From contig JBJMLD010000112.1 of NCBI GenBank assembly GCA_045805545.1, forward strand, positions 210 through 64,209: 64,000 nt of DNA, read 5' to 3'. The position numbers and the translations under genes were made by a program. Positions 26,889-36,780 of the stretch are shown here, in pieces. The notes under the pieces are model-generated. The model did not search any database. It saw only the letters and a list, made by a program, of their open reading frames with translations, and had not been told where the DNA came from. Numbering within the stretch: position 1 is the first letter of the stretch; each line of letters begins with the position of its first letter. This DNA comes from Solirubrobacteraceae bacterium (GTDB taxonomy: Bacteria > Actinomycetota > Thermoleophilia > Solirubrobacterales > Solirubrobacteraceae).

Positions 26889-27652
26889 CGCGGCAGCGTG
26901 CCCCAGCGCAACCGCGGCACGAGCAGCATCGCCTCAGCCGCGATGCGGCTAGACATCTTGCTCACCCCGGCCGTCCGGTCGCAGAACACGATCGGAATCT
27001 CGCGCACGCGAAAGCCGGCCATCAGCGAGCGGTAGGTCAACTCGATTTGAAACACGTAGCCCTCGGCGCGCAAGCTCTGGAAGTCGATCTCTTCAAGCAC
27101 CTGCCGCCGGATGCACTTGTAGCCACCCGTGAGGTCGCGCACGTCCACTCCAAGCATCGTGCGCGCATACGCACCACCACCGCGGCTCACGATTCTGCGA
27201 AGGAGCCCCCAGTCCCGGACGCCGCCACCGTCGACGTACCTCGATCCGAGCACGAGGTCCGCATGCTCGGCTTCGGCGAGCAGATCGCCAAGATAACGCG
27301 GGTCGTGTGAGAAGTCCGCGTCCATCTCGATCAGCAGCTCCGCTCCTCCCGCCAGCGCCCGCGAGAAGCCCGCCAGGTAGGCCTGGCCTAGGCCCGACTT
27401 CGCGTGGCGGTGAAGCACCTGGAGTGGCCGGATCTGTTCGGCCAGCCGATCGACGATCGCTCCGGTGCCGTCGGGAGATCCGTCATCCACAATCAGGATC
27501 TTGTAGTCCTCGGGAACCAGACGCTCGAGCTCCGCGGCTACGGCGCGCACAATCCGTTCGACGTTGTCGGCCTCGTTGTAGGTTGGGATCACGACCCAGG
27601 TGCGAGCGCTCGATCCCCCCGGGGCGCGGGCCCCCTGTGTGCTCCGTTTCAC
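26768..27652 (-). CDS. polyprenol monophosphomannose synthase (Ppm1/Dpm1-like GT2)
   Basis: VIPTYNEADN, VDDGSPDGTG, EMDADFSHDP, GSRYVDGG, DLTGGYK, GYVFQIE; GTG 27652 has a GGAGG SD; 3' end overlaps GH5 by 121 nt. Confidence 0.9.
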   Translation of the reverse strand: MKRSTQGARAPGGSSARTWVVIPTYNEADNVERIVRAVAAELERLVPEDYKILIVDDGSPDGTGAIVDRLAEQIRPLQVLHRHAKSGLGQAYLAGFSRALAGGAELLIEMDADFSHDPRYLGDLLAEAEHADLVLGSRYVDGGGVRDWGLLRRIVSRGGGAYARTMLGVDVRDLTGGYKCIRRQVLEEIDFQSLRAEGYVFQIELTYRSLMAGFRVREIPIVFCDRTAGVSKMSSRIAAEAMLLVPRLRWGTLPRQPSLRRWERRPRPYADGVPFHDSISAGDLQPDGFQLQPR

Positions 27653-27730
27653 GGAATCACCTCCCCGATTTGGGTTTGCGAATTCTTCGTTCAACCACCC
27701 GTCGCGCGCGTGCCCGGCGCTGCGCCTGCC

Positions 27731-28765
27731 TCACGCCGCCTGTTTGGCGGCCAGCTTGACGTCCTCGATCACGTGATCGCCGTTGTCCTGGGCGCGATAC
27801 CAGGCCGTAGCGGCCCGGATGCCTTCCCGCAAGTCCCACTGCGGGCGGTATCCGAGCTCGGTGCGCGCCTTGTCGACGGCATGCCTGTTGTCGGTCCCGA
27901 ACAGCTTCACGCCGAGGCGGGTAACCACAGGCTTTCGCTGCGAGTGGGTGAGCGCCGCCGCGCGCTCCGCGAGGTACCCCGCCGCATAGAGCGCCTTGTA
28001 AGGCACATGAATGCGCGGGCCCTCCACTCCAAGCTCGTGAGCAATCTCGGCCAGGAACTGACTCTGGGTGAGCGGTCGATCGTTTGAAATGTTGTACGCC
28101 TGCCCGATCGCGTGCTCGTGGTCGAGTGCCAGCAGCAGGCCCTGCACAACGTCGCTCACGGCGACGAACGGGAGCGCATTACTGCCGGGGCCAACGACGA
28201 CGGCTCTCTGCGCCGCCACGCGATCGGCCATGCGGCTGAAATGCAGCCGGTCGCCAGGCCCGAAGAAGGTGCCAGGCCGGACGATCACCGCGGGGAGGTG
28301 ATCGTCGACGATCATGCGCTGTACGCGTACATCACCGGCCGCCTTCGTGATCGCGTAAGGCTCGCGAAACGGGCGCAGTAGGTGATCCTCGCGCGCGGGT
28401 TCCCCAAGTCCCATCCCGTACACCGTCCACGAGCTCACATGGACGACGCGATCCACGCCCGCGGCGAGGGCGGCACGGCACACGTTCTCCGTGCCGGTGA
28501 CATTCACCGCGTGGTAGTCCTCGATCGGCCGCCAGACTCCCATCATGCCGGCGAGATGCAGCACTGCGTCGACGCCGCTCATCGGTTCGGCGAGCGTGAT
28601 CGGGCGCGTGATGTCGCCGCGGTGGAGCTCGACGCCACGACGCTCGAGCCATTCCGCGTCCTCGCTCGGCAGTGCCAGCACACGGACGGTGTCGCCACGC
28701 TCCTGTAAGGCGCCGACGAGATGACGCCCAAGCAGCCCGTTGCCACCAGTGATCAGGATGTCCAT
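27731..28765 (-). CDS. NAD-dependent epimerase/dehydratase (extended SDR)
   Basis: ITGGNGLLG, HLAG, YAITK, KARTELGY. Confidence 0.9.
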   Translation of the reverse strand: MDILITGGNGLLGRHLVGALQERGDTVRVLALPSEDAEWLERRGVELHRGDITRPITLAEPMSGVDAVLHLAGMMGVWRPIEDYHAVNVTGTENVCRAALAAGVDRVVHVSSWTVYGMGLGEPAREDHLLRPFREPYAITKAAGDVRVQRMIVDDHLPAVIVRPGTFFGPGDRLHFSRMADRVAAQRAVVVGPGSNALPFVAVSDVVQGLLLALDHEHAIGQAYNISNDRPLTQSQFLAEIAHELGVEGPRIHVPYKALYAAGYLAERAAALTHSQRKPVVTRLGVKLFGTDNRHAVDKARTELGYRPQWDLREGIRAATAWYRAQDNGDHVIEDVKLAAKQAA

Positions 28766-29556
28766 GTTGCGGTTTCCTCCTCTCGCACCGGCGACCAGTG
28801 TCGCCAGCGATATGCCAGATCCGCCATCGTCGGGAGCGCCTCCTCGAGCCAAGCGATCGCGTAGTGCCTTCGCGGAATCACCACCTCGCGGCGGGGGTGA
28901 CGGATCAGATCGGCGATCTTGGTTGCCACCAACTCCGGCTCGGGCAGTCGTCCCCCGACGTTGGCGGTCATCGCCGTGTTGATCTTTCCCGGAGAGACGA
29001 GCGAAACCGAGATGCCGCTGCCTGCCAGCTGACGCCGCAGCGCCAGAGAGAAGCCCCGCACGCCGTACTTCGTGGCCGAGTAGACAGGCTCCATCGCGAC
29101 CCGGCCAGACAGCGATCCGACAAAGATGATCGACCCGTGACGCCGCGCCAGCATGCTCGGAAGCACCGATCGTGTGAGGATCATCGCTCCGAGGACATTG
29201 AGCGTGACGAGGCGGGCGAGCTCCTCGGTCGAACTCGCGACGACGGCCTTCGACCAGGAGGCGCCAGCGTTATTCACGAGCACGTCGACGCGTCCGAAAG
29301 TGGCCACCGCGCGGTCGACAAGTAGTTGCATCTGGGTCGCGCTGGTGAGATCGGCGGGGAACGCAACTGCCGTGCCCCCATCGTTGCCGATCACCCGCAC
29401 TTGCGCCTCCAACTCCCGGACGCGCCGGGCGGCAAGGACCACGCTGGCTCCTCGCCGCCCGAGTTCGCGCGCGGTCGCCGCACCGATGCCGGAACTGGCT
29501 CCGGTGACGATGGCGACCTGATCGACGAGCGATCGGGACACATTTCGATCGCTCAT
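28753..29556 (-). CDS. classical SDR oxidoreductase
   Basis: VTGASSGIG, VNNAG, YSATK. Confidence 0.92.
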   Translation of the reverse strand: MSDRNVSRSLVDQVAIVTGASSGIGAATARELGRRGASVVLAARRVRELEAQVRVIGNDGGTAVAFPADLTSATQMQLLVDRAVATFGRVDVLVNNAGASWSKAVVASSTEELARLVTLNVLGAMILTRSVLPSMLARRHGSIIFVGSLSGRVAMEPVYSATKYGVRGFSLALRRQLAGSGISVSLVSPGKINTAMTANVGGRLPEPELVATKIADLIRHPRREVVIPRRHYAIAWLEEALPTMADLAYRWRHWSPVREEETATWTS

Positions 29557-30602
29557 CGGGCGGGCATCCCTTCCCGTATTTGAGACAGAGCGTGCACACC
29601 GACCATCGTGGCGCGGCGTTCGGCCTGCACGAACCAGCTCGCCGTGCGGCGCACCCCGTCGCGAAGCGTCACCTGCGGCCTGTAGCCGAGCTCCCGCCGT
29701 GCCTTGTCGATGGCAAAGCGACTGTCAGTGCCGTGAAACGCGACGCCGAAACGGGTGATCGGGGGACGGTGCGCCCCCGGCGCAGCGCTTGCGATCTTCT
29801 CGGCGAGATAACTCGCGGCGTAAAGGGCGCGGCATGGAACCCGAAGGCGTGGCACAGGGGCACCCAAATCGTGCGCGATCGCTTCAAGCAGTTGCCTCTG
29901 CGTGATCGGCTGATCGCTAGTGATGTTGTAAATCCCGCCGACGGCAGCTGGATGGTCGAGTGCGAGTAGCAGCCCGTGAACAAGGTCGCTGATGTACACG
30001 AGCGGAAGGGCGTTCTCGCCCGAGCCGACGATCACCGCCCGGCCCGCCCGCAGCCGGGCAGCGATGCGCCCGAAGTGCAAGTGGTCGCCTGGACCGATGA
30101 TCTGATCGGGGCGCACGATCACGGCCGGAAGCTGTGTCGCGGCGACCATGCGCTGGACCAACACGTCCGCGGCTGCCTTGGTCACTGGATACGGATCTGG
30201 GAACGGAGCCAGCGGGAAGCTTTCGTCGACCGTCCGGTGGGGGACCATGCCGTACACGCTCGAGGAGCTCATGTGCACCACCCGGTCGACGCCCGCGAGC
30301 AGCGCGGCTTGGCATACGTTTCGGGTACCGGTCACGTTGACGGCGCGGTAGTCCTTGAGGCTGCGCCAGACGTCCATCATCGCCGCCAGGTGCAACACGG
30401 CACTCGCGCCGTGCAGCGGCGCAGTCAGCGTTTCCGGACGGCGGACGTCACCCTGGAACACGTTTACCTGTCGCTGCGCGAGCCAGCCAGTGTCCTCGCT
30501 CGGCAGCGCGAGCACGCGCACGCCGTCGCCTCGGGCTTGCAACGCCGACACGAGGTGTCGTCCCACGAAGCCATTGCCGCCTGTGATCAGGATCTCGCTC
30601 AT
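29553..30602 (-). CDS. NAD-dependent epimerase/dehydratase (extended SDR)
   Basis: ITGGNGFVG, YPVTK, KARRELGY; close paralog of 27731-28765. Confidence 0.9.
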   Translation of the reverse strand: MSEILITGGNGFVGRHLVSALQARGDGVRVLALPSEDTGWLAQRQVNVFQGDVRRPETLTAPLHGASAVLHLAAMMDVWRSLKDYRAVNVTGTRNVCQAALLAGVDRVVHMSSSSVYGMVPHRTVDESFPLAPFPDPYPVTKAAADVLVQRMVAATQLPAVIVRPDQIIGPGDHLHFGRIAARLRAGRAVIVGSGENALPLVYISDLVHGLLLALDHPAAVGGIYNITSDQPITQRQLLEAIAHDLGAPVPRLRVPCRALYAASYLAEKIASAAPGAHRPPITRFGVAFHGTDSRFAIDKARRELGYRPQVTLRDGVRRTASWFVQAERRATMVGVHALSQIREGMPAR

Positions 30603-31612
30603 ACGGCAACCGCTAGCTCGTCGCCCACCGACTGCGTCGATCGGTACCAGCTGACGCTGCGGCGGACGCCCTCCCGGAAACCGATTTGGGGCGAAAATCC
30701 GAGCTCGCGGCGGGCGCGCGCGATATTGAAGCGATTCTCGCCGCCGAGCAGCTGCAGCCCATAGCGCATCACCGGCGGCGGATCGCGCCGGTGGGTGAGT
30801 CGCCCGAAGCGCTCCGCGAGCGCGCCGACGCTCACGGCCAAGCGATAGGGAATCTGACGTGTGGTCATCGGCGCGCCGAGTTCGGCCGCGATTTCTCCCA
30901 CGAAATCTCGCTGCGTAACCGGCTCGTCGCTGACCAGCAGGTATGCCCGTCCGAGAGCCGCTTCCGCCGCGCTCGCGTCCAGCACACCGCGCGCTGCGTC
31001 CTCGACGTAGATCAACGGGACGTGGTTATGGCCCGAGCCGACGATCACCATCCGTCCCGTTTCGATCGCGCGCGCCAGACGCCCAAAGCTGGCGGCATCG
31101 CGCGGCCCATAGATCCAACCAGGCCGAACGATCGTTACTGGCGCGCCTTGTTCGGCGATCATCCGCCAAAGCAGGCGCTCGCCCGCGACCTTGGATCGAC
31201 TGTAGGGATTCGGCTCCAGCGCTAGGGGAGATCGCTCGTCAGCCTCGCCGGCGACGTCGTTGCCGTGGACTGTGATCGAGCTGACGTGAACGATCCGCTT
31301 GACCCCAGCAGTGATCGCGGAATTCACCAGCCGCTCGAGCCCGCGGACGTTCGTTCGCTCGTACGCGGCGTCAGGGCCCCAGGGCCCGGTGCGCGCAGCG
31401 CAGTGCAGCACGCGGTCGACGCCCACCAGGGCTCGGGTCAGCGAATCAGGGTCGCAGACGTCGGCCACGCAGACCTCGACCCCGGCGTCGGCGAACCGGC
31501 TCACATCATCACCCGGGCGGACGAGCGCGCGCGTCGGCTGTTGCCGCCCTACGAGCAGGTCGACGATGTGGCTGCCGAGGAAGCCCGCGGCGCCCGTGAC
31601 GAGCACGGTCAT
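30599..31612 (-). CDS. NAD-dependent epimerase/dehydratase (extended SDR)
   Basis: VTGAAGFLG, YSRSK, RPGWIYGPRD. Confidence 0.9.
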   Translation of the reverse strand: MTVLVTGAAGFLGSHIVDLLVGRQQPTRALVRPGDDVSRFADAGVEVCVADVCDPDSLTRALVGVDRVLHCAARTGPWGPDAAYERTNVRGLERLVNSAITAGVKRIVHVSSITVHGNDVAGEADERSPLALEPNPYSRSKVAGERLLWRMIAEQGAPVTIVRPGWIYGPRDAASFGRLARAIETGRMVIVGSGHNHVPLIYVEDAARGVLDASAAEAALGRAYLLVSDEPVTQRDFVGEIAAELGAPMTTRQIPYRLAVSVGALAERFGRLTHRRDPPPVMRYGLQLLGGENRFNIARARRELGFSPQIGFREGVRRSVSWYRSTQSVGDELAVAV

Positions 31613-32655
31613 GTGTCCACCCACTCAGCTTGGTCCTGCGCCATCCGCCAAGTGCTTCGGAGCGTGAGACCCATTACGCTCAGCGACACGAGTCCGCTGC
31701 ACGTCATCAAGACCGCCGTCCACGGGTGTGAGAAGAGGAACATGGCCCCCACTCCAGAGTGGGTGACGCCGAACAGGCCCGCGAAGATCAGCAGGCCGAT
31801 CAACTCGTTGCTTCCCACTTGGCCCGGTGGCGTGGGGAGGATGAATACCAGGTTGTACAAGGTGTACCCGTACAGGACCACTGGCAGCGAGATCGTCACA
31901 CCCACGGCTCTGAAGGCAAGTGCGCAGAACAGGGCATCGAGGCTGACCGCAGCCGCGGTATAGGCCGCCGCCACGAGGATCACGCGGGGCCGGCGGATGG
32001 TGCTCAGGAGCGCGTCCAGGAAGTGCGCGATGAATGGCGCTACGCGCGCTGCCGCCCGAGGAGGCAGTACAGCCACAAGCGGCCGTGTGAGGAGCCTAAG
32101 TGCACGCTCCCGCCGCCAGGCCGCCAACGCTACGGTAGCGGCCGCGACCACGACGATGCCGAGGGCGAACAGCAGCAGCGCCCATAAGGGACGGCTCAGG
32201 CGCAAATGCACGAACGGCAGTACCGCGAGCAGGAGCCCAGCGGGGAGTAGATCCATCACCTTGTCCATGCTCACGGTGGCCAGGGATCGGCTGACAGGGA
32301 CGCCATCCGTACGGCGCAGCAGGAGCGCCTTGGCGATCTCTCCGCCACGAATCGGCAGCAGCCAGTTGAGGAACGTCGCCACCTGATAGATCGCGATAAC
32401 CCGGCCGACGGTCACCTCGCACGGCCGCAACAGCCATCGCCACCGCATGGCGCGGACTACGTACGCGCCGAGAAATGCGACCCCGCAGAGCAGCCCGAAG
32501 CCGATCTCGAGGTGCGTAAGGCGGTGGTAAACAGCCCCGACGTTTACCAGCCGCAGGAAGACGAAAACGAGCACCAGCCCGGCGAGCAATCCGAGCGCAG
32601 TCCGGAGCGCGGCGGCGCGCGCGCGGGCGGATCGAACGCTCGATACCGACGTCAC
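31609..32655 (-). CDS. lysylphosphatidylglycerol-synthase-TM / flippase-like (UPF0104) membrane protein
   Basis: RAMRWRWLL, NWLLPIRGGEIAK, DKVMD, LPTPPGQVGSNE; multiple TMs; GTGA overlap with the upstream stop. Confidence 0.85.
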   Translation of the reverse strand: MTSVSSVRSARARAAALRTALGLLAGLVLVFVFLRLVNVGAVYHRLTHLEIGFGLLCGVAFLGAYVVRAMRWRWLLRPCEVTVGRVIAIYQVATFLNWLLPIRGGEIAKALLLRRTDGVPVSRSLATVSMDKVMDLLPAGLLLAVLPFVHLRLSRPLWALLLFALGIVVVAAATVALAAWRRERALRLLTRPLVAVLPPRAAARVAPFIAHFLDALLSTIRRPRVILVAAAYTAAAVSLDALFCALAFRAVGVTISLPVVLYGYTLYNLVFILPTPPGQVGSNELIGLLIFAGLFGVTHSGVGAMFLFSHPWTAVLMTCSGLVSLSVMGLTLRSTWRMAQDQAEWVDT

Positions 32656-33191
32656 CTCCAAGCCAGCGCTCCGGTCTTGTCCGCGTGAGCGGCCTCGTGG
32701 CACGGAGCGCACAGAGTCACGAGGTCGCTGGTCCGGTAGGAGGGCAGCAGCCACGGCTGGCGCCACAGGTGGGTGCCGACATCAGGAGCGCGAGAGCCGC
32801 ATGCGCGGCACGAGCGCTGATCGCGCCGAAGCGCCCGTGCCCGCGCACCCTTCATCCGCGCTCGGTGCTGAGCATCGAGCGCGACGTGCAAGCTCATCCC
32901 GACCACGATCGGCAGCGTGCGCCGTTTTCGCACGCCCAGGCCGAGCGCCGCGATCAGCGCTAGCGGTGAGTGCAGCGCGCGCGTCGCGACGTCCTGCGCC
33001 ACGTCGGCTCCGTTGAAATAGCGCACCGACGCGCCTGGGTTCATGCACCGCTTGTGCAGGCAGTACCAGACGTAGTGATCGGCGTCGATCAGCACTCCGC
33101 CGGCCCAGAGGCCGAGGGCAGAGGCACCCAGCCATGGCGAGGTTGCTGTCGCCGTCACCGTGGAGAAGAGGATGTGATCTCTCACCCGCAT
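32652..33191 (-). CDS. YdjM-like membrane metal-dependent hydrolase domain fused to HNH-like zinc-binding domain
   Basis: N-terminal H..IDADH..LHS..HVALD; C-terminal RRDQRSCRACG..H..DLVTLCAPCHEAAH. Confidence 0.65.
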   Translation of the reverse strand: MRVRDHILFSTVTATATSPWLGASALGLWAGGVLIDADHYVWYCLHKRCMNPGASVRYFNGADVAQDVATRALHSPLALIAALGLGVRKRRTLPIVVGMSLHVALDAQHRARMKGARARALRRDQRSCRACGSRAPDVGTHLWRQPWLLPSYRTSDLVTLCAPCHEAAHADKTGALAWR

Positions 33192-34258
33192 GACCAGCTC
33201 AGACCGATCGGCTCACCCACGGGCCTACCGGCTGGCAGGTGGCCCTGCCGGCGGTACCAAGCCATCGTCTGTGCCGTACCGGCCAGGAGATCCGTCGGCG
33301 CAGCGAAGCCGAGCAGGCGCATGGCCTTCGTGACGTCGTACACGCGACTATTGGTCAGGAACTCCAGACGGCTCCGGGTGAGCGGCGCGGCCCCTCTCAT
33401 CGTCGCGGGCAGCTGCTCGCATGCCGCGGCCAGCGCCTTTGCCGCCACGAGCGGGATGTGCCGACGCGGAGGACGTATGCCGGCGGCTCGTGCGATCGCT
33501 CCCGCCAGCTCGGCGAGCGACGCTGGCTCGCGGCCGGCGAGGTGGAAGCACTCGCCGACCGCGGCGGGATGCTGACCGCACCGCAGCAAGGCGTCGGTCA
33601 GATCGTCTATGTAGATCGGGTGCAGCCATACCGGCTCGTGGCCGATCGGGCGGAACTCCTTGCGCAGGACGGACCGGAAGAACGGGAGAAGGTGCAGATC
33701 ACCAGGTCCGTACACCAGCCCCGGTCTCGCGATGGCGGCCGGAAAGCCGACCCGCCAAGCTGCCCGCACGACCGACTCCGCATCGGCCTTCGTGGCTTCG
33801 TAGACGTTCGTTGGTCGAAGCGGGGCAGACTCGTCCGCGGGCTGCCGGCCGGTCACTCCAAGCACGCCCGTAGTGCTGCAGTGAACGAAACGATGCACCG
33901 TCGGCGCGCTCTTGCAGTGCGCCAGCAACAGCTTCGTCCCCTCGACGTGGGTTCGGTGATATTCGCTCGCCGGGACGTCCGGAACGAACAACCGGCCGGC
34001 AAGGTGGTAGACGACCGTCACTCCCTTCACGGCGTTGGCGACCGCACGCGCTTCGGTGATGTCGCCGATCACGACCCGCGCGCCCTCGGCGGCCAGCATC
34101 TTGCCCTTCGCGCGTGAGCGCACGAGCGCCCGCACGGGCATGCCTTCCGCGAGCAGACGGCGCACCAGATTCGTCCCCAAGAAGCCGGTGGCGCCCGTGA
34201 CGAGCGCCACCGCGTCGCTTCGGCCGTTCGCGCTGGCCGTCAATTCCTCGCCGTTCAC
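33182..34258 (-). CDS. NAD-dependent epimerase/dehydratase (extended SDR)
   Basis: VTGATGFLG, HLAG, YEATK, RPGLVYGPGD. Confidence 0.9.
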   Translation of the reverse strand: MNGEELTASANGRSDAVALVTGATGFLGTNLVRRLLAEGMPVRALVRSRAKGKMLAAEGARVVIGDITEARAVANAVKGVTVVYHLAGRLFVPDVPASEYHRTHVEGTKLLLAHCKSAPTVHRFVHCSTTGVLGVTGRQPADESAPLRPTNVYEATKADAESVVRAAWRVGFPAAIARPGLVYGPGDLHLLPFFRSVLRKEFRPIGHEPVWLHPIYIDDLTDALLRCGQHPAAVGECFHLAGREPASLAELAGAIARAAGIRPPRRHIPLVAAKALAAACEQLPATMRGAAPLTRSRLEFLTNSRVYDVTKAMRLLGFAAPTDLLAGTAQTMAWYRRQGHLPAGRPVGEPIGLSWSCG

Positions 34259-35394
34259 GTCGGCAGCTCCTGTGGGGTACGACGCCGGGTCAACGACCGT
34301 GCGCGAGAGCGAGCAACGTCAGCCGCCACCTTGGTGACGGTGGGAGCATGCGTGAGCATGTTCGTGTACGCCGCATTCGCCAGTGGGCAGAAGCACTCGC
34401 CGGCCTTGATGCTCTCTCTGAGCTGGTTGCCCTTGCCGGTCCTCCAGACGGAGCCGAAGTCATATCCGTGCTCACGCAGGTTGCCCATCGATTGCGCACG
34501 GATGCAGCAAGTCCACACATCACCGTTGGGGGCGATCTGGGCCGAGGCCACACCAGCCATGCACGGGATCACCTGCCGCTGCTCGCGGAGCGTGCGCTTA
34601 ACCAGTTCGTAGTACTGACGACGAAACGCCTGAGTCACCTCGGCGACGCCGCTCAGCCGCTGATCGCGGATGCTCTCGAGCAAGGCGTCGATCGCGACCG
34701 TGTACTTCTCCGCGGTCGGAGTGATCCCCAGCCCGACGGTATCCAGCTCCACGCGCTGCTCGGCGATCTCGGTGATATAGGAGTCCGGCTTGAGTTCGCG
34801 CTTGACGTACTCGCACAGCTCTGGGAACGAATCCACATTGAAGTTCGAGATCACCGTGTGGATCCCGAGCGTGAGGTTCTTGTACTGATGCTTGAGCGCT
34901 TTCAGCGCAGCGTAGGTCCGCATCGCATGCGCCCAGTTGTGGCGTACGCCGCGGATTTCGTCGTGCTTGCGGCCGACGCCGTCGAGCGAGAGATTGATGA
35001 TCACCTCCGACTTCGATGCGGCTTGCAGCACCTGCTCAATTCGGCCTGGGATCACCTTATGCTGGATCCCGTTGGTCGGGATGTTGATGATCCCCGGCCG
35101 GCAGTGCTGATACGCGCTCGCCACCATCTCCGGCAGGTCCTTGCGCAGCGTCGGTTCACCCCCGCTGAACGTGAACCAGTAAGGGGCCCGACCCAGCGAC
35201 TCGAACACCCTGTCCCACTCCGGAACCGTAAGGTCGTCGTTGGGCAGCAGCCACACGTTGCACGTCTTGCACCGCGAGTTACAGCGGTAGCTCACGCTCA
35301 CAGTGATGTTCACGGGTAGGCGAACCACGCGGCCGGTCGCGTACGAGACCTTCATCGCCGGGACGTCGCGTAGGACTTCCGTCAGGCTCATCAC
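34255..35394 (-). CDS. radical SAM protein with SPASM/twitch-like C-terminus
   Basis: CNSRCKTC (CxxxCxxC), SGGEP, TNG, SLDG, HDEIRG; C-terminal CMAG..CCI..CFCPLAN. Confidence 0.93.
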   Translation of the reverse strand: MMSLTEVLRDVPAMKVSYATGRVVRLPVNITVSVSYRCNSRCKTCNVWLLPNDDLTVPEWDRVFESLGRAPYWFTFSGGEPTLRKDLPEMVASAYQHCRPGIINIPTNGIQHKVIPGRIEQVLQAASKSEVIINLSLDGVGRKHDEIRGVRHNWAHAMRTYAALKALKHQYKNLTLGIHTVISNFNVDSFPELCEYVKRELKPDSYITEIAEQRVELDTVGLGITPTAEKYTVAIDALLESIRDQRLSGVAEVTQAFRRQYYELVKRTLREQRQVIPCMAGVASAQIAPNGDVWTCCIRAQSMGNLREHGYDFGSVWRTGKGNQLRESIKAGECFCPLANAAYTNMLTHAPTVTKVAADVARSRARSLTRRRTPQELPT

Positions 35395-36770
35395 GCGACC
35401 TTGTAGCTTGGGAAGGGCGCGGTAACGGCGTCACCCACGGGCGATGGCGCAGAAGCGGGAACCGCGGATCCCGAAGGTGTAAAAGCGATGACCCCGTAGG
35501 CAAGCTTGATCTCCGGTGCCTTGCCGCGCCCGCCGAGCGGCAGGCCCTGCTGCTCGATCGTCTGCACGAGCTCGCCCGCGACGTCCTCCGCCTCCGCACG
35601 CTCACTCGGCAGCAGCGCGACGATCGTGCCATGCTGGCGGATGCAGACGAGCCCCTCGGGTCCAAGGGCCCGCCTGATCCGTACTGCGGCCCGGCGCGTG
35701 AGCTGACGACTCGCGTGCAGGCCGAGCTCGAGCTGCAGGCGGTGGAAGTTAACGATGTGAAACACCACCACCGTCTGCTGGCTGTGAGCATTTGCCCCCT
35801 CAGAGATTTGATTCTTGGTGGTCGTGGATATCTCCCACACGTGTGTCGACTCCCGACGGACCGCGTCGTAGTGACCCAGCGCGCGTGCGGTCGCCTCAAG
35901 CCCGACGGTGCCGAGACTCCAAAGGCACGCCCGAGGCGTGGCGAACGACCCCGAGCCAGAGAGCGCACGCACGACCCGCCAACCGCTCATCGTCGACGCG
36001 GCATAGCCCTGCTGGCTGCGAACCCGTAGGTGCCCGGCGTAGATGCGGCGTCGCTGCCGCAGAAAATCGCCCACCGTCGTCGGACCGCGGTTGTACACCA
36101 CCGCCTCCGGGTCGTACACCAGCCGGTACTGCAACTGGGTGACGAGCGCCTGGATCGAGATCTCGTCGACGGCGGTGTCGATCGGGATGTTCGGGACCAC
36201 GTTGCGAAACGCGACGATCTCCCCGAGCTTGGGTGAATCCCGAGCGATCCGATCGTGCAGACGCCATTGGAGATGTACCGCGTGACCGAGAAAACTCGCC
36301 TCACTGTTTACCGGTGTGGGATGCCCACCGACCATGCCTACGGTCGGATCGCTGAAGTGGCGCAGCAGCGAGTCGATCGTGCCCTCCTTGACGATGACGT
36401 CGGCGCTGACCATCAGCAGTACAGGTGAGCGCGCGGCCGCCAAGAAGAGGTTGATCGCCGATGCCTTGCCTTCTCGACACGGCTGTTCGATCAGGCGTAC
36501 GCGGCGATCGTGTGCCGCGATCTCAGCGACGATTTCCGCAGTACGATCCTCGCAGCCGCTGGCGACAACGATCGCCTCGGCGATGCGACCGGCGGTCAGA
36601 TCCTGCCCGAGGATGCTCTCGAGCGCCTGGGCGATATTGGCTTCCTCGTTGTAAGCCATTACCCCGACGCTGCACTCGAGCCCGACGGCCCTGTCAGTGT
36701 TGGTTTGCAGGGCAGGCTCGCTGAGGATCGATTCGCGTGTCTCGAGCGCCCCTGCTGAATCGACGATCAT
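35391..36770 (-). CDS. GT2 glycosyltransferase with C-terminal degenerate GGDEF-like domain
   Basis: MAYNEEANI, GKASAIN, SAD, AVDE, RQRRRI; C-terminal ~110 aa follows the GGDEF secondary-structure pattern without the catalytic motif. Start uncertain. Confidence 0.8.
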   Translation of the reverse strand: MIVDSAGALETRESILSEPALQTNTDRAVGLECSVGVMAYNEEANIAQALESILGQDLTAGRIAEAIVVASGCEDRTAEIVAEIAAHDRRVRLIEQPCREGKASAINLFLAAARSPVLLMVSADVIVKEGTIDSLLRHFSDPTVGMVGGHPTPVNSEASFLGHAVHLQWRLHDRIARDSPKLGEIVAFRNVVPNIPIDTAVDEISIQALVTQLQYRLVYDPEAVVYNRGPTTVGDFLRQRRRIYAGHLRVRSQQGYAASTMSGWRVVRALSGSGSFATPRACLWSLGTVGLEATARALGHYDAVRRESTHVWEISTTTKNQISEGANAHSQQTVVVFHIVNFHRLQLELGLHASRQLTRRAAVRIRRALGPEGLVCIRQHGTIVALLPSERAEAEDVAGELVQTIEQQGLPLGGRGKAPEIKLAYGVIAFTPSGSAVPASAPSPVGDAVTAPFPSYKVA

Positions 36771-36780
36771 GATTCGAGTG

